From: Marsupella aquatica
Lineage: Eukaryota > Plantae > Marchantiophyta
NCBI GenBank assembly: GCA_973895155.1
Contig: OZ316898.1
Location: 9,473,079 to 9,537,078 of the forward strand
Reading direction: 5' to 3'
DNA length: 64,000 nucleotides
The notes under the pieces were generated by a model that had not been told where the DNA came from, did no database searches, and saw nothing but the letters and a program-made list of their open reading frames with translations. Position numbers and translations under genes: made by a program. How positions within the stretch are numbered: the first letter of the stretch is position 1; each line of letters opens with the position of its first letter. Of the stretch, positions 1-11,700 are shown piece by piece.

Positions 1-959
1 TTGATCAATATAATACCTACTATGAACCCAACAAATTGAGTTCTGCCTTAGTGGGAGCTTCATATCAAAATTGAAGTCCGGGTGGATCTCCATATTTGCC
101 AAAATGCTCAGATAGGGTTTTGCAGCCCGGATGGACTCTAGCAAAACCCTGTTTCTGCTCATATGGTACATATTACACGGTGACTGGTAAGAAAAGAAGA
201 CAGTCATATTTGGATATTTTCAGGTATCTTAATGCTCAGAGAAATTTGAAAATGTTAGGCTCAGTTGGAAAGATTTCTGACAAACCCCAAAACAGCAGAT
301 CCATTGGCTAGCAAGGGACATACTGAACGTCATTGTTAGCTGCTCATAAGGGCAAAGTGTGGACAGTGAGTGATAAAGTGATCTTCAGATGTTTTTAAAT
401 CTCTCATTTATGAAATTTTTAGAGAAAATAGACTGATTGCAAAGATCTTTCAAAGTGATGTCTAATGAGCCCAAGATGAGCCGATCCAGTTGGATATCAA
501 GGGAGGTATTGAATATCAAACTTTGTTGTTGAAAACGTTTTGGCAACCAGAAGAGTGTCAATGAGTGAAGGTGCTAAAGGTGTCAGTCCATGGGAGCATC
601 AATTTCTGATATAACACACATGTAAAGTAAGTGAAAATGTGGGACTAAATATAAAACACTTCACAAATTTTGTGAAAAGAAAAGTAAACTCAAAGTATAT
701 TTGGCATGGGTTGATAGAAAACCCTTGAGAAAGGACAATCTAAAACTGCAATAGGCACTGGAGAAACTATCCTAGCTGGAGCCTTGGGTTGTAGAAGTTG
801 TCCGTACTCAAAATTAGGGGCCAGGGCAAGGGGGATAGTTTGTAAGTCTTTTTTGTTAAAAAGGGTGTGAAGTAGGAGTTAGAAATATCCATTATTTAAA
901 TTTCTTAGATGTATTATTATCATTAAATCTCTGTAGGTTTAAGAAAAGCCAATAGATTG

Positions 960-1690
960 TGACTAACTGGCCCTGTAAGTTGATGGGAAAGTAGCTACTG
1001 TGACCCAACAAAATCTCACCAAATTTTTGTTTATAGATTTTCTCCAAAGTTACAAAAGTGGACAAAGTGGAATTTGGCAGCATTTTGTCCCTCACTTGGT
1101 GGGAAGTTGGCTACTGTGACCCTTCAAAATCTCACCAAATTTCCCCAAAGTGTCAAAAATTTGTGGGCAAAAAGGAATTTGACAGCATTTTTTCACTAAC
1201 TTGGTGGAAAACGCTCATGTGACCCAAGAAAAGCTGACCAATTTTCTGGAAAGGGGCAAAAGTTTGCAGAGCTAATTGGAACTTGGCGGCATGTTGTCAG
1301 TAACTTGGTGGGAAACTAACTAATGTGACCCAAAAAAATCTCACGGATTTCCCCCAAATTGGCAAAAGTTGGTGGGCAAAGTGGAAGTTGACCAAAATTT
1401 TGTGACTAACTTAGTGGGAAACTGGCGAATGTGACCCAAAAACATTTCACTCATTTTCCCCAAAGCGGCAAAGTTTGTCGGCAAAGTGGAACTTGACCGA
1501 ATTTGTCATTAATTTAGTGTGAAACTGGCCAGTGTGACCCCAAAAAATCTCACTATTTTTACTCAAAGTGGTAAATGTTTGTGGGCAAAGAGGTTTTTGA
1601 CCGAATTTTGTCACTAGTTTAGTGGGAAACTGCAAATGTGACCCCAACAGTTCTGACGAAAAAGTGCCAAACATTTTCTGGACAAAGTGG
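960..1690. repeat. Degenerate tandem repeat, ~105-bp unit, ~7 copies
   Basis: Motif GTGACCC(A/C)A..AATCTCAC recurs near 1000, 1116, 1219, 1325, 1431, 1533 and 1638, mostly followed by GGCAAAGTGGAA(C/T)TTG...AACTT(G/A)GTGGGAA. Confidence 0.8.
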
Positions 1691-1739
1691 GATGAAATTT
1701 TAGCGATTTTTCGTCAAACCCACATGTGCTGGCTACAGA

Positions 1740-2690
1740 AATCGGTGCAGTGGTAATCCAGCTCGTTTTCATGGGATACAGGATTCCAATTCGGATGTCT
1801 GGCTCCGAGGAGAACAATCTGATTTGAAGAAGGATGTCGGAAGAGGTTTCTGTGGACTCAATTAGGGGTTAGGCTGGAGTGGACTCTGTGCAGCATTGGC
1901 TGAAGTGTGATCCAGCTCGTTAGTCTGGGATTGAGATTTCCACTCTGCCAGGTTTTGAATTAATTTCTGGCTCCGGGGAAAAACAGTCTGATTTGAAGAA
2001 GAATGTCGGAAGAGGTTTTTTTGGACTCAATTAGGGGGTTAAAAAGGATTGGATTCTGTGCAGCAGTGGCTGATGGTGATCCAGCTCGATTTCATTCTCG
2101 GGGTGGAGACTGGGATTAAGGTTTCCACTCTGTTCAGGTTTTGGGTTTCTGGGTCCGAGGAAAAACAGTCTGATTTGAAGCAGGATGGCGGAAGTGGTCT
2201 CTCTGGAATCAATTAAGGGGTAGGCTGGAGTGGATTCTGTGCAGCATTGGCTGGTGGTGATCCAGCTCGTTTGCATTCCTTGGGTGGAGACTGGGATTGA
2301 GATTCCACTGCCAGGTATTGGTTTTCTGGGTCCGGAGGAGAAACAGTCTGATTTGAAGCAGGATGTCGGAAGAGATTGCCGTGGACTCCATTAGGGGTTA
2401 GGGTGGAGTGGATTCTGTGCAGCAGTGGCTGATGGTGATTCTGCTCGTTTCCTAATTCGAATTCAATTAGGGGTTAGGATGGACTACATTAAGTACAGCA
2501 GGGGCTGGTGATTCAGCTCGTTTTCATGCCCGGGGTGGAGATTGGGATTCAAGTTTCCACTTTGCTGAGTTTTGGGTTTCTGGCTCCCAGGAGAACAATC
2601 TGATGTGAAAGAGGTGGCCTTGGACTCAATTAGGGTTTAGGGTTGACTGAATTTTGTTCACCATGGGCAGGTGGTGATCCAGCTCGTTGC
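1740..2690. repeat. Degenerate tandem repeat, ~170-180-bp unit, 5-6 copies, directly upstream of the RST1 ATG
   Basis: GATCCAGCTCG, TCTGATTTGAAG and GGACTCAATTAGGGGTT recur; TCTGAT(T/G)TGAA near 1818, 1987, 2170, 2347 and 2599. The last unit contains the telo-box-like TTAGGGTTTAGGGTT. Confidence 0.8.
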
Positions 2691-2738
2691 CGGACTGACG
2701 GATTTCTGTCTGAGGCAGTGGTGGTCCATTTGCATGCG

Positions 2739-5700
2739 ATGGCAGGAGCGCAGGGCGACCCTTACAGCCCCTTTGTCGAGAAGCTGCAGCTTCCTCATCC
2801 TCTGGTGCAGCGATTTGCTGTGAACGCAATTTTTGAGCGGCTGAAGAGTGGACCTGCTCATACGAAGTGGGAGTCTCCCGTTGGCCAGGAGGCTCTTGCG
2901 CGCTGTTTGACTTCCTCGAATCCGGCGGTCATCGACCAAACTGTGAAAGAAATCTGCAATGCTTGTGCCGAGGGTTTGTTCCCTGTGGAACGAGGATTGC
3001 AGGACCTTCAAGCTGCTTTCGATGCTGTAAATTCCGAGTCTGTTGCGAGCGTCGTGAATGGCATCGGTTTTCTCTGTCGCATCTTTCTTCAGAAAATTAA
3101 TGTTGGGGCCAAATTCATGGGCAGATCAGGGGATCTTGTGGGGCTTGGCTTCCATCCTCTCGTGAAGGTATGCCACGTTATTGGATGACCTTTCCTTTCA
3201 GGAACAATCAATTTGTGCACTATTTCCATAAATCATCACATCACATCACATCACATTTCAGCAGAAACATATGCAAATTGTAATGAGAATTGTCTGTTCT
3301 AGAGAAATTGAGTACAATGCGAATAATTTGGAGTATGTACGTACTTGTCTCTACAAGCATGACTAAACTCAATTCTCTGAATTTGGAAACTTAAGCATTG
3401 GCAGCATGGTGAAGTGACTCACAGCTCCAAAATGTACTTTCATTTAGGTGGAACAATCTTTGCGTGAGTGGCCAAGAAATCTCTGATTGCCTTCACGGTC
3501 GTTCATCATAGTATTTGAAACTGTGACATTATTCGTCCTTCTTCTCTCGTAAGGACAAGGAGCCAATTCAGCCAATGCGGTTTATGTCAACAAAGTCAAC
3601 ATGTGCCTATCGGATCTTTCCTTGTAGACGAATTTGTTAGCATTACAGTGACAGCTTTCAGATAGGAAAACAACTGGCCTCTGTTGCTCGACTGGCATTA
3701 TGGAAAATATATTCGAAATAGTCGTCACGATTTGTATCTTCTAACAATAATCAGTAGACGTGGCCTTCATAACACGAAGCTTGTTGTTGTTATTGTCGTT
3801 TTTGTTGTTCCAGTCTTTCCAGTCCAGACCAGAAGAACATCAACACATTCTTCGACAAGTGGGAATGTTTCTCGGACAGACATCTCCCATCCAGCGCACA
3901 ATCACCCTACAATTCCTGCAGCCTTTCATCACCTATAGTTTTCTGCAGCGGCTGTCGTCACCCAGCCATGTCCTTTTTGCACGAGATCTTCATTCACAGC
4001 TCTCACTACTTTCCTGCCAGCCTCATGGTGAGGTCTTATTCAAGATGCTGATAAACTACGTCCCGTTCCATCAAACTGAGACAGCAGAGGTGAGGAACAA
4101 GCTTTGTATGCCCTGTCCACTGCTATTTCGCATTTCATGTTGTGTTTCCAGAATTCCATGATTGACTCCAGACTGCTCCGATATGTTTCACGTGGCGGTT
4201 ACTTCAGTACTCTCAATTTCCCACTCGGGTTCCGGGATTCAGAAATGCATTTTGTCACTACCAAGTTAGTAAGCAATGTCTTAAGCATAACACTACTAAA
4301 TTACTAAGCAATGTCTTACCCAAAATTATGCTTCGAACATGTCATTTCTCCCAGGACTGTGAATTTGCGATTGCAGTTTTGAAGGAATTGGTTGATGTTT
4401 GGGAAAGTCGTTCCACCCAAGGAGTGCACCAGATTCAGGTTGGTATTTTCTGGCGGTATTAGAGTTGCATCGTTGCCGCCAGGCATTCGTAATATCTGAG
4501 TCGCATGTAACAAAAATGTGTTTTACGTAACGAAGACGGGTGATCTGGTCATTCCATGGTGGTCGGTGTGTGCGCATGCTGGGTTTATGTCTAGAACTTG
4601 TGTTTTGAGTAGTTTCTCTTTTCCTTCCTTTATTGCAGATTGTCTCATTACTAACGTCTGATCTTGATATGTGATAGCCTGCTTAACCGGAAAATATAAT
4701 CCATCGTAAAGTCACATTCAAATCAATCCGCATTGGTGCTTTTTCAGGTAAAGGAAGAACTCGGATCGCAGCTTTTGCACACGCTTGTTGGTTTATGTCA
4801 TGAACTACTGGCTTGCAAGGCATCCTTGTATCATACTCTTTGTTTGGTCAAGCGCATGATAAAATCTCTGAGGCTGCTAAACCCAGCAGTTTCAGACTCT
4901 GTCGGCTTAGATATGGTCTCCATGGCCCATATGCTCGCCATGGTCGATCTGGAGCAAGAACAACTTCTCCTATTGGATTTGGGAGTCAGCTGGCTTGAAG
5001 ACATCTACGGCAGAGGTACTCCGATCCATCTCTTCTGTGGAAATGTTCTTGGATGACAAGTCTCACAGTGGATACTTCATACTTCATACATGATGCCTTG
5101 CCAAGGCCCTGACCTGTTCCTGCTTGAGAGTTGATTCACGTGATGCAAGGTTTAGTAAGTCAGGGTTTTAGGTTGCGTGACCTGTCCCACGGCCAGTGTT
5201 CTCTTGTGATGCCACACGATCATTTCTAGCCAGGAGCCAATAGTGAAGGTTATATTCAGGGGCTTTATCTAGCGTCTAGTCATTCCTGGCATGATTCAAA
5301 ATCCACTAGTTTCACTCCAGTTCGTACAAGCATTGCTAATTCTGATGAGTTTTATTTCCCTTTAGGTTCTTTCTCTTTTCTTCTCTTTCTTCCGTTTCTT
5401 GCTCATTAGAAACTGACAAGATTCACAAAGTACAAATCACAAACAGCAGCCTAGCTGGTCCACTTCAACAGCAGATACAGAAGAGCATTCTAGATGGCAT
5501 TTACATGGAAACAACAGATACAGAAAAGGATGTCTAGACAGTCTTCAGGTCGTCTAGCTTCACAAGCTGAGATCATCGTTGCATTGTGAAGCCCAAGTAT
5601 TTGTCGTAATCAGATTTATCAGTGTAGACGCCCGTCGGGTTCTACAATTACAGCCGCCTATTTGAACCTCGCTGACCTCACAAGCATTCATATCAACTAG

Positions 5701-8700
5701 TCACTTCCACGTAGGTGTTCTGATCTTCATCAAACTTGTACCATTGATGTGTACTGGCGCTGCAGTATAATCCAGAGGTTACGTCATAGTAATAGCCAAG
5801 CTCACTGTTGTAGTAATAGCCTGAGGACTCATCCAAGACGTAGCCAGAGCCCTCCAGGGGAATCTCTCCTACAGCTGTTGTAGGGTTTCCTTGTTGAGCC
5901 CATGCTTTTCCCGAACCAGTCTGACCATTGTCTCCTAAATTACCTACACCTGAATTGTCTTCATCTCCAAATATGTCCAGGTTGCTACCATTTCCCTTGA
6001 CATCTGGACGAGGCGGTAAACCCAATCCAATGCTGGAGACTCCTTCTTGTTCCACTGCGTCATCTTGGGTGTCAGAAAACATATCAGAGCTACCTCCTCC
6101 AGCTGATGATGGGCCAGCATCATTACCTCGCCCAGTTTGGAACCCTAAAATTGCCTCATATCCCTCCACTTCGCGCTGTAGCGTTTCCTTCTTCTCCTCA
6201 TATATATTGTAATCGCCGTTGTCCAGCAACTTCATGGCGTCCTCAGTCAGTTGGTCAAACACAACCTTCGTATCCCCCTCCATTCGCCCATTTTTGCCCC
6301 CCTCCGCTTTTGCCACGGCCTTCAGTCGTCTTAACGCTCGCAACACCGATTCTCCAGGTTGGAGGGATTGTGCAATGCGACGCTGTGTGTCTGCAATTTC
6401 CCGCTTGGAGAGGCCCTTGTCACCCTCAGAATCTTCCTCTAAAGACCGCGCGGCGGCCTTCGAAGCAAATCTTGTGTCAACCTCAACACTTTCCAACCAT
6501 GCATCCTTGGTATCATCCTCATTCCGATACTCCACATAATTCCCGTCGGCGTCAAAATAGCCCTCCTCTCTCTCTTGTTTCAAGTTGAAGGGCTCAATTC
6601 TCATCCCATCTTCAAGCCTCTCTTCATCCTCCTCGCCATAATCCTCTTCAGCTATGGCCACGTCGTCCGGAACAGCCGTATCCTCAGCAAGCAGCTGCTC
6701 GGATATCTTGTCTCTCCTAGTTGCCCGCTCCAAAGCGGCAACTCGTGGATCCGTCGAAAGTATGACCGCGGCATCCTCTTCTCCATCTATCACACTCAGA
6801 GTTTTGCCTGTATCCTTTTTCCCTTTGGGAAATCGAGCCTTCTTGGCCCTCGGAGCTTCTTCAGCATCCGAATCGTCATCAGAGTACGAGAAACGCACAC
6901 GCTTGCGCTGCGAGGGAGCCGTAGGCATCTCCATCTCCATCTCCATTGCGCTCCGACAGAATGGCTCAGGATTTCTTCTGATTGCAGAGGAAACAGTCCA
7001 ACCCCTTCCTCCTCCTCCTCGTCCTCTAGACCAAAAACCCTACTCTATCCGAAAACCTGCAGGAATCAGCGGCCTGCGATTGAAATCCAAAAAAAAAAAA
7101 AAAACCCTTCGGAACGTTCTAGTTTCTCGCAATCCTGAACTAAGCAGCGCAACAAGTCCCTTCGTCTAACCTGCAACAAAATCGTGTTCCGACGCACTCT
7201 ACTTGACTCCTTCCACGAACTAAATCACTTCCACTTCCGCATGCAGCGAAGCAATGTGGCAGCGGATCAGCGGCAATCGGCCCTCTACCGCTCGTGTGGG
7301 TTTTTCCGGCGCTTCACGTCATGTCCTTTCCATCCGTGGCCGTGAAGGGGGCGGCCATGAGATTGCTCCAGGCAGTAGAGCGAGCACCAGCACCAGCAGC
7401 AGCTGCAGGTGGTGGTGGCGATGGTGGAGAGGATTGGAAACACGAGAAGAAGCTGGGGAGTGGAAGAACGAGAGAGGAGGATTGGAAAGACGAGACGAAG
7501 CTGGGGAGTGGAAGAAGGAGAGAGGAGGATTGGAAAGACGAGACGAAGCTGGGGAGTGGAAGAAGGAGAGAGGAGGATTGGAAAGACGAGAAGAAGCTGG
7601 GGAGTGGAAGAAGGAGAGAGGAGGATTGGAAAGACGAGAAGAAGCTGGGGACTGGAAGAAGGAGAGAGGAGGATTGTGGCACGATGAGGAGGAGCTTGCA
7701 AAACAGCTGTTGGGGTCGACAGCACCTTTCGGTCCCCGTGTGTCGTCTTCTACAGTCAATGTGGTCAAAGGTAAGATAATCACTGTGCACTACACTATTC
7801 TTGATTTGCAAATGGGCGCAAACAATTATTAAGTACAATTTTTTTGGCCCCCAGCAAATGATTAACTACTGTAGATAATATGGACAACAAGGAAGATAAT
7901 ATCTGTACAATACACTATTCCTTTGAAAAATGTACAAGGACACTTACAGTAAGGGCAACAAATAACTACTGTACAGTATTTACAATTTTTTTTTGGCTTC
8001 CAGCAGATTATTAAATCGATAATGTGGTCAAAGGTAATTAAATTACCGTACACTACACGATTCGCTTGGAAAATCGGCATGGTCACTTACAGTAAGCTCA
8101 GAAAATAATTAATTACAATTTTTTCAGCGTGCAGCAAATAATTAATTAGATAATGTGGTCAAAGGTAAGATAACTACTGTACACTAGACTATTCTTGATT
8201 TGCTATTTGCCATGGTCACTTACAGTAAGCACCAAAAAATTTATTAATTTCAATTTTGTTGGCACCCAGCAAATACTTAATCAGACTAGCCTGATTATAG
8301 TTCCTTGAAAATAAATAGAGGACAGTACTGTGCTTTATCTCCCATGTAAAATGCCTCATCCTTCCGATATACTCGTATAAGTACATGGGCGAAAAGAAGA
8401 AAACTCTGTCTACAAAAGCGTAACAGTACGTCTTAAGCAAAGGAACTCAGGAAGGGAGCTTTTGTGGTGACTACAATGAGGGGGGTGCGGGGGGGGGCGG
8501 GTTTATGATTAAGGTGTGAAAGTGCTAATAGAATCCTGGCCTTTCCTTTACAAAATAAATCTTTTCTCTTGCAGGAAGTAATTGGTGACGATTGGGTTTC
8601 AGTCATAAAGGCAGATGCTCGTAGGAAAGGAACAGCTGGAGAACAATGGCTTAGAAGCCTTACTGCGTACTTGACCAAGTCTAGCCAACATCCTCGGATG

Positions 8701-11700
8701 GTAAATCCAACATCCCATTCTTTGGGGCTAAACAAAGGTACTCTGACTTATTTGAGGATACTTAACGCGGTCCTTTCAGTTGTGACATGTATAACTAAAC
8801 GAACAACCTTGTTACCGTATCCTGTCAACTCTAAACGAGGTATTCCTTAGCATTGAAAAACTATTCCGTGAGAAGGATAGCAATAGAACTTACGGTTATC
8901 GGATAAGTGGGCTTCTGTCATTTAGTCGTGTTATTCAGAATTACTACATGAATGCAATTGCTGCTCTTTTGCACTGACATAAACTTTGCCAAGTTTGATC
9001 ATTATTGCTGTGAGTATTCGATCTATGAGGCTTTCTTAACTGATTCTAAGGTATGTGTGGTTGCCCAGGGTTGTTGGTGTCCCTATGTACTCTGGTTACT
9101 CTGTGCCTGCTGAATCCAAGTGCTAAAATTGCACTGCCTGCAGCAGAAACTCTGGCTTCAATCGCTAAAGTTGAACCAATCTGGGGCATGTCGTTTCTGC
9201 CTGTGGTTCTTTTCTGTGTCAGATTCCGGGGGAGGTTTGAAGGTCTGGATGCATCAGAAGTACAGGTACGTGGCAGATTGAGTTGAAAGATGGAAACCAA
9301 GATTTCACAAATGAATTAGCTCAGGATTCTGGGGTAGTTGAACCTAGGGGCTTGGCGAATTCAATTGTGAAATGCTAATTTGGTTTTGCACGTAATGTGC
9401 TATTCTAGTAGTATCATGTGAAGCGCATGTCTTGTTTTGCAGCTATCCTACAAGTCTATTATCAAGTGCTTGTGGCTTTCTTTCTCAAAAGTCAAAATCA
9501 AATGATTAGTCATATTCACTTAGGAGACTGGGGACTGTTTTGTGTGCAGCTGGGCCTCCTCAAGGTATATCCTGCATTGGCCGGTCATTCAGCCACTTTG
9601 CCTCTGGTCATACAGGCGCTGCAACCCATGTTAGATTCGAAGTCTGATAGGTGCGCTCTTCAAATTCAATATTTCTGGTCCTCACTTTCTTTTGACGAGT
9701 TTGCCCTATTCATCGAAAATGCTGTCCACTTGCTTATACTCTGCAGCATGAGTTATGCTAATTCAACTGAATTTATGTTAATTCACCTGCACCTGAAGAT
9801 TCGGAAAATATTCATTCAACAATCAATCTCTCATGTCAGCCTTAGAGCTTCTGAGGGATCCTTCCCAGTTTGTAAGAAGGATGAGCAGAGATTCTCAAAG
9901 AATGGCTTTCATTATGTCCACAGGTTATGGCTGCCAGTTGTCCTTGTTACATAATTAAACCTTTCGAACGCCACTGCATGATTGGTCAGGGTACAGATAA
10001 GTGCAAAATTGTCATGTAGTTTTATTTTCAGTCTGCGATTCATAGAGGTATTAATATTCTGGACGTAGCACTTTGTTGTTTACAGTGCAGTGCAAGCAAC
10101 AGGAATAAGGTTGTTGTGCAAAACCTGGGAGCTCTCGGACCGAGCTTTTCCACATCTTCAGGTATGAATATGCTATTTTCACAATCCACGTAAACTGGGG
10201 CTTGTCACGGTAGCATCAATGGAAGGTGTTCTTGTTGGGTGTGAATGTTACATGACATAATGGTGAATGTACAAGTTGAATCATCATCTTTGTTCTCTCG
10301 TAACTGAAGAATTAACTGGTGCTGGTCCCTCAGAAAGTGCTCAGGCCAGGGGATATTCAGGAAGCCATCTTGCAGACCGAGTTGGCTCAAAGTCGAGCTG
10401 CTTGTGTCCGTGATGTGAGTAGAAAGGACCCAGATCGAGGGGTCGACCTGGTTCTATCGGTGCAGGTGACATCCTGTTGAACACCAGATCAAATGTAGAA
10501 ACCGTCGTGTCTGCCGTTTGTTTTTAGTGATGGAATCCGAATCTTGATTGGTTGACCTGTTTCTAGATGGTCAAAGCTAGGTCTGGAATCAAGTTCCTGA
10601 TTTTCGAGGTTCTGAGCTCCTGGTACATACCTTTGACTTCCAAGGCTGGGAGTTGAGTCGGATTGACTGTTGAAATCACAGTTGCTACTATAGAGAAACT
10701 ATTCATTATCTACTGTCATACTGAGCTTTCCTTGGTTCCTTCATTCAGCTGTATTTGTCTAGCTGATGGTTGTTTGACCATAAACTGCCAGCCCTTTTTT
10801 GTGTGCTGATGAAAACGATTGATGTTGGTTGCAGGCATGCATTGAGAGTAAGGATTCTGTTGTTGTGTCCTTGGGCCTTCAGAGTCTTGCACTTTTGTGT
10901 AAGGAGGATCTTATTGGTGAGAATTAATGGGCTCTGAAGTTTTTTATATTGCTTGCCAATGTGGCACATTCTCTCTGAAAGTGTGAATCTTTTCCATGTT
11001 ATAACTGCTCGCATTGTTATATGCTCTCCGTTGAGAAATTAATATCCTTGATTGCACTGGAATTTATCAAGCTAATATAGGTGAAGATATTAATCCTATT
11101 TGTGTACTATAACAGATTTCTATACAGCATGGCTAGTAATCTCAAAACGTTTTCCACTCATGCCATCAGAGCCCCTTGTGCTGCAAAGGTAATTCTCCTA
11201 CCACTAAAAGTTTTCTCTCTCCATTTTGGGCTAGTGCCAAATTGGTTGTTCTGTTGTTTTGATGAATTGTCCATCACTCCAACGGCTAAGTAATGATATG
11301 AAGTCTATGGTGCTGTGAAGCTTGTGTATGCTGCTAAGGTATGGGGCCCTAGATGCTGCAGCCCACCCAGAGGCTGCTGCTGGTGTATTGGATATCTTAT
11401 GGAAAGCTGCGGCAATGAAGGGAACTGGGGCAGCAGATGATGTGCATTCCGGAACACGAGCAATGGCATTTGAAGGCCTCTCGTTCTATGAGGTATGCTA
11501 TCCTATACATATTAAAGAAATGAGTAAAGAAATTATCTTTGGTCTTGATTTCATGCTCGTAATCACTTTCAGAATTTGGGTAGCTACGTAAAACTGTCTG
11601 AGCCTTGACGTCTTCAGACTATTTGTGGGAAAGTTTAGGTGGATGACCTAGAGGCGCTCTGCCCTGTCGAGAAGACAAATGAGGTTGAGTTGCTCCGATC

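Noticed and set aside
1-900. Possible LTR-element internal remnant
   Set aside because: TE-like composition only; no ORF motif or terminus within the window.
7429-7676. CRISPR-like regular repeat
   Set aside because: Units are contiguous with no unique spacers, in a eukaryotic coding exon.
7254-7838. Several long overlapping ORFs in multiple frames on both strands
   Set aside because: Artefact of the stop-poor 48-bp repeat; only the frame of 7294 has RST1-like flanks and matching splice phases.
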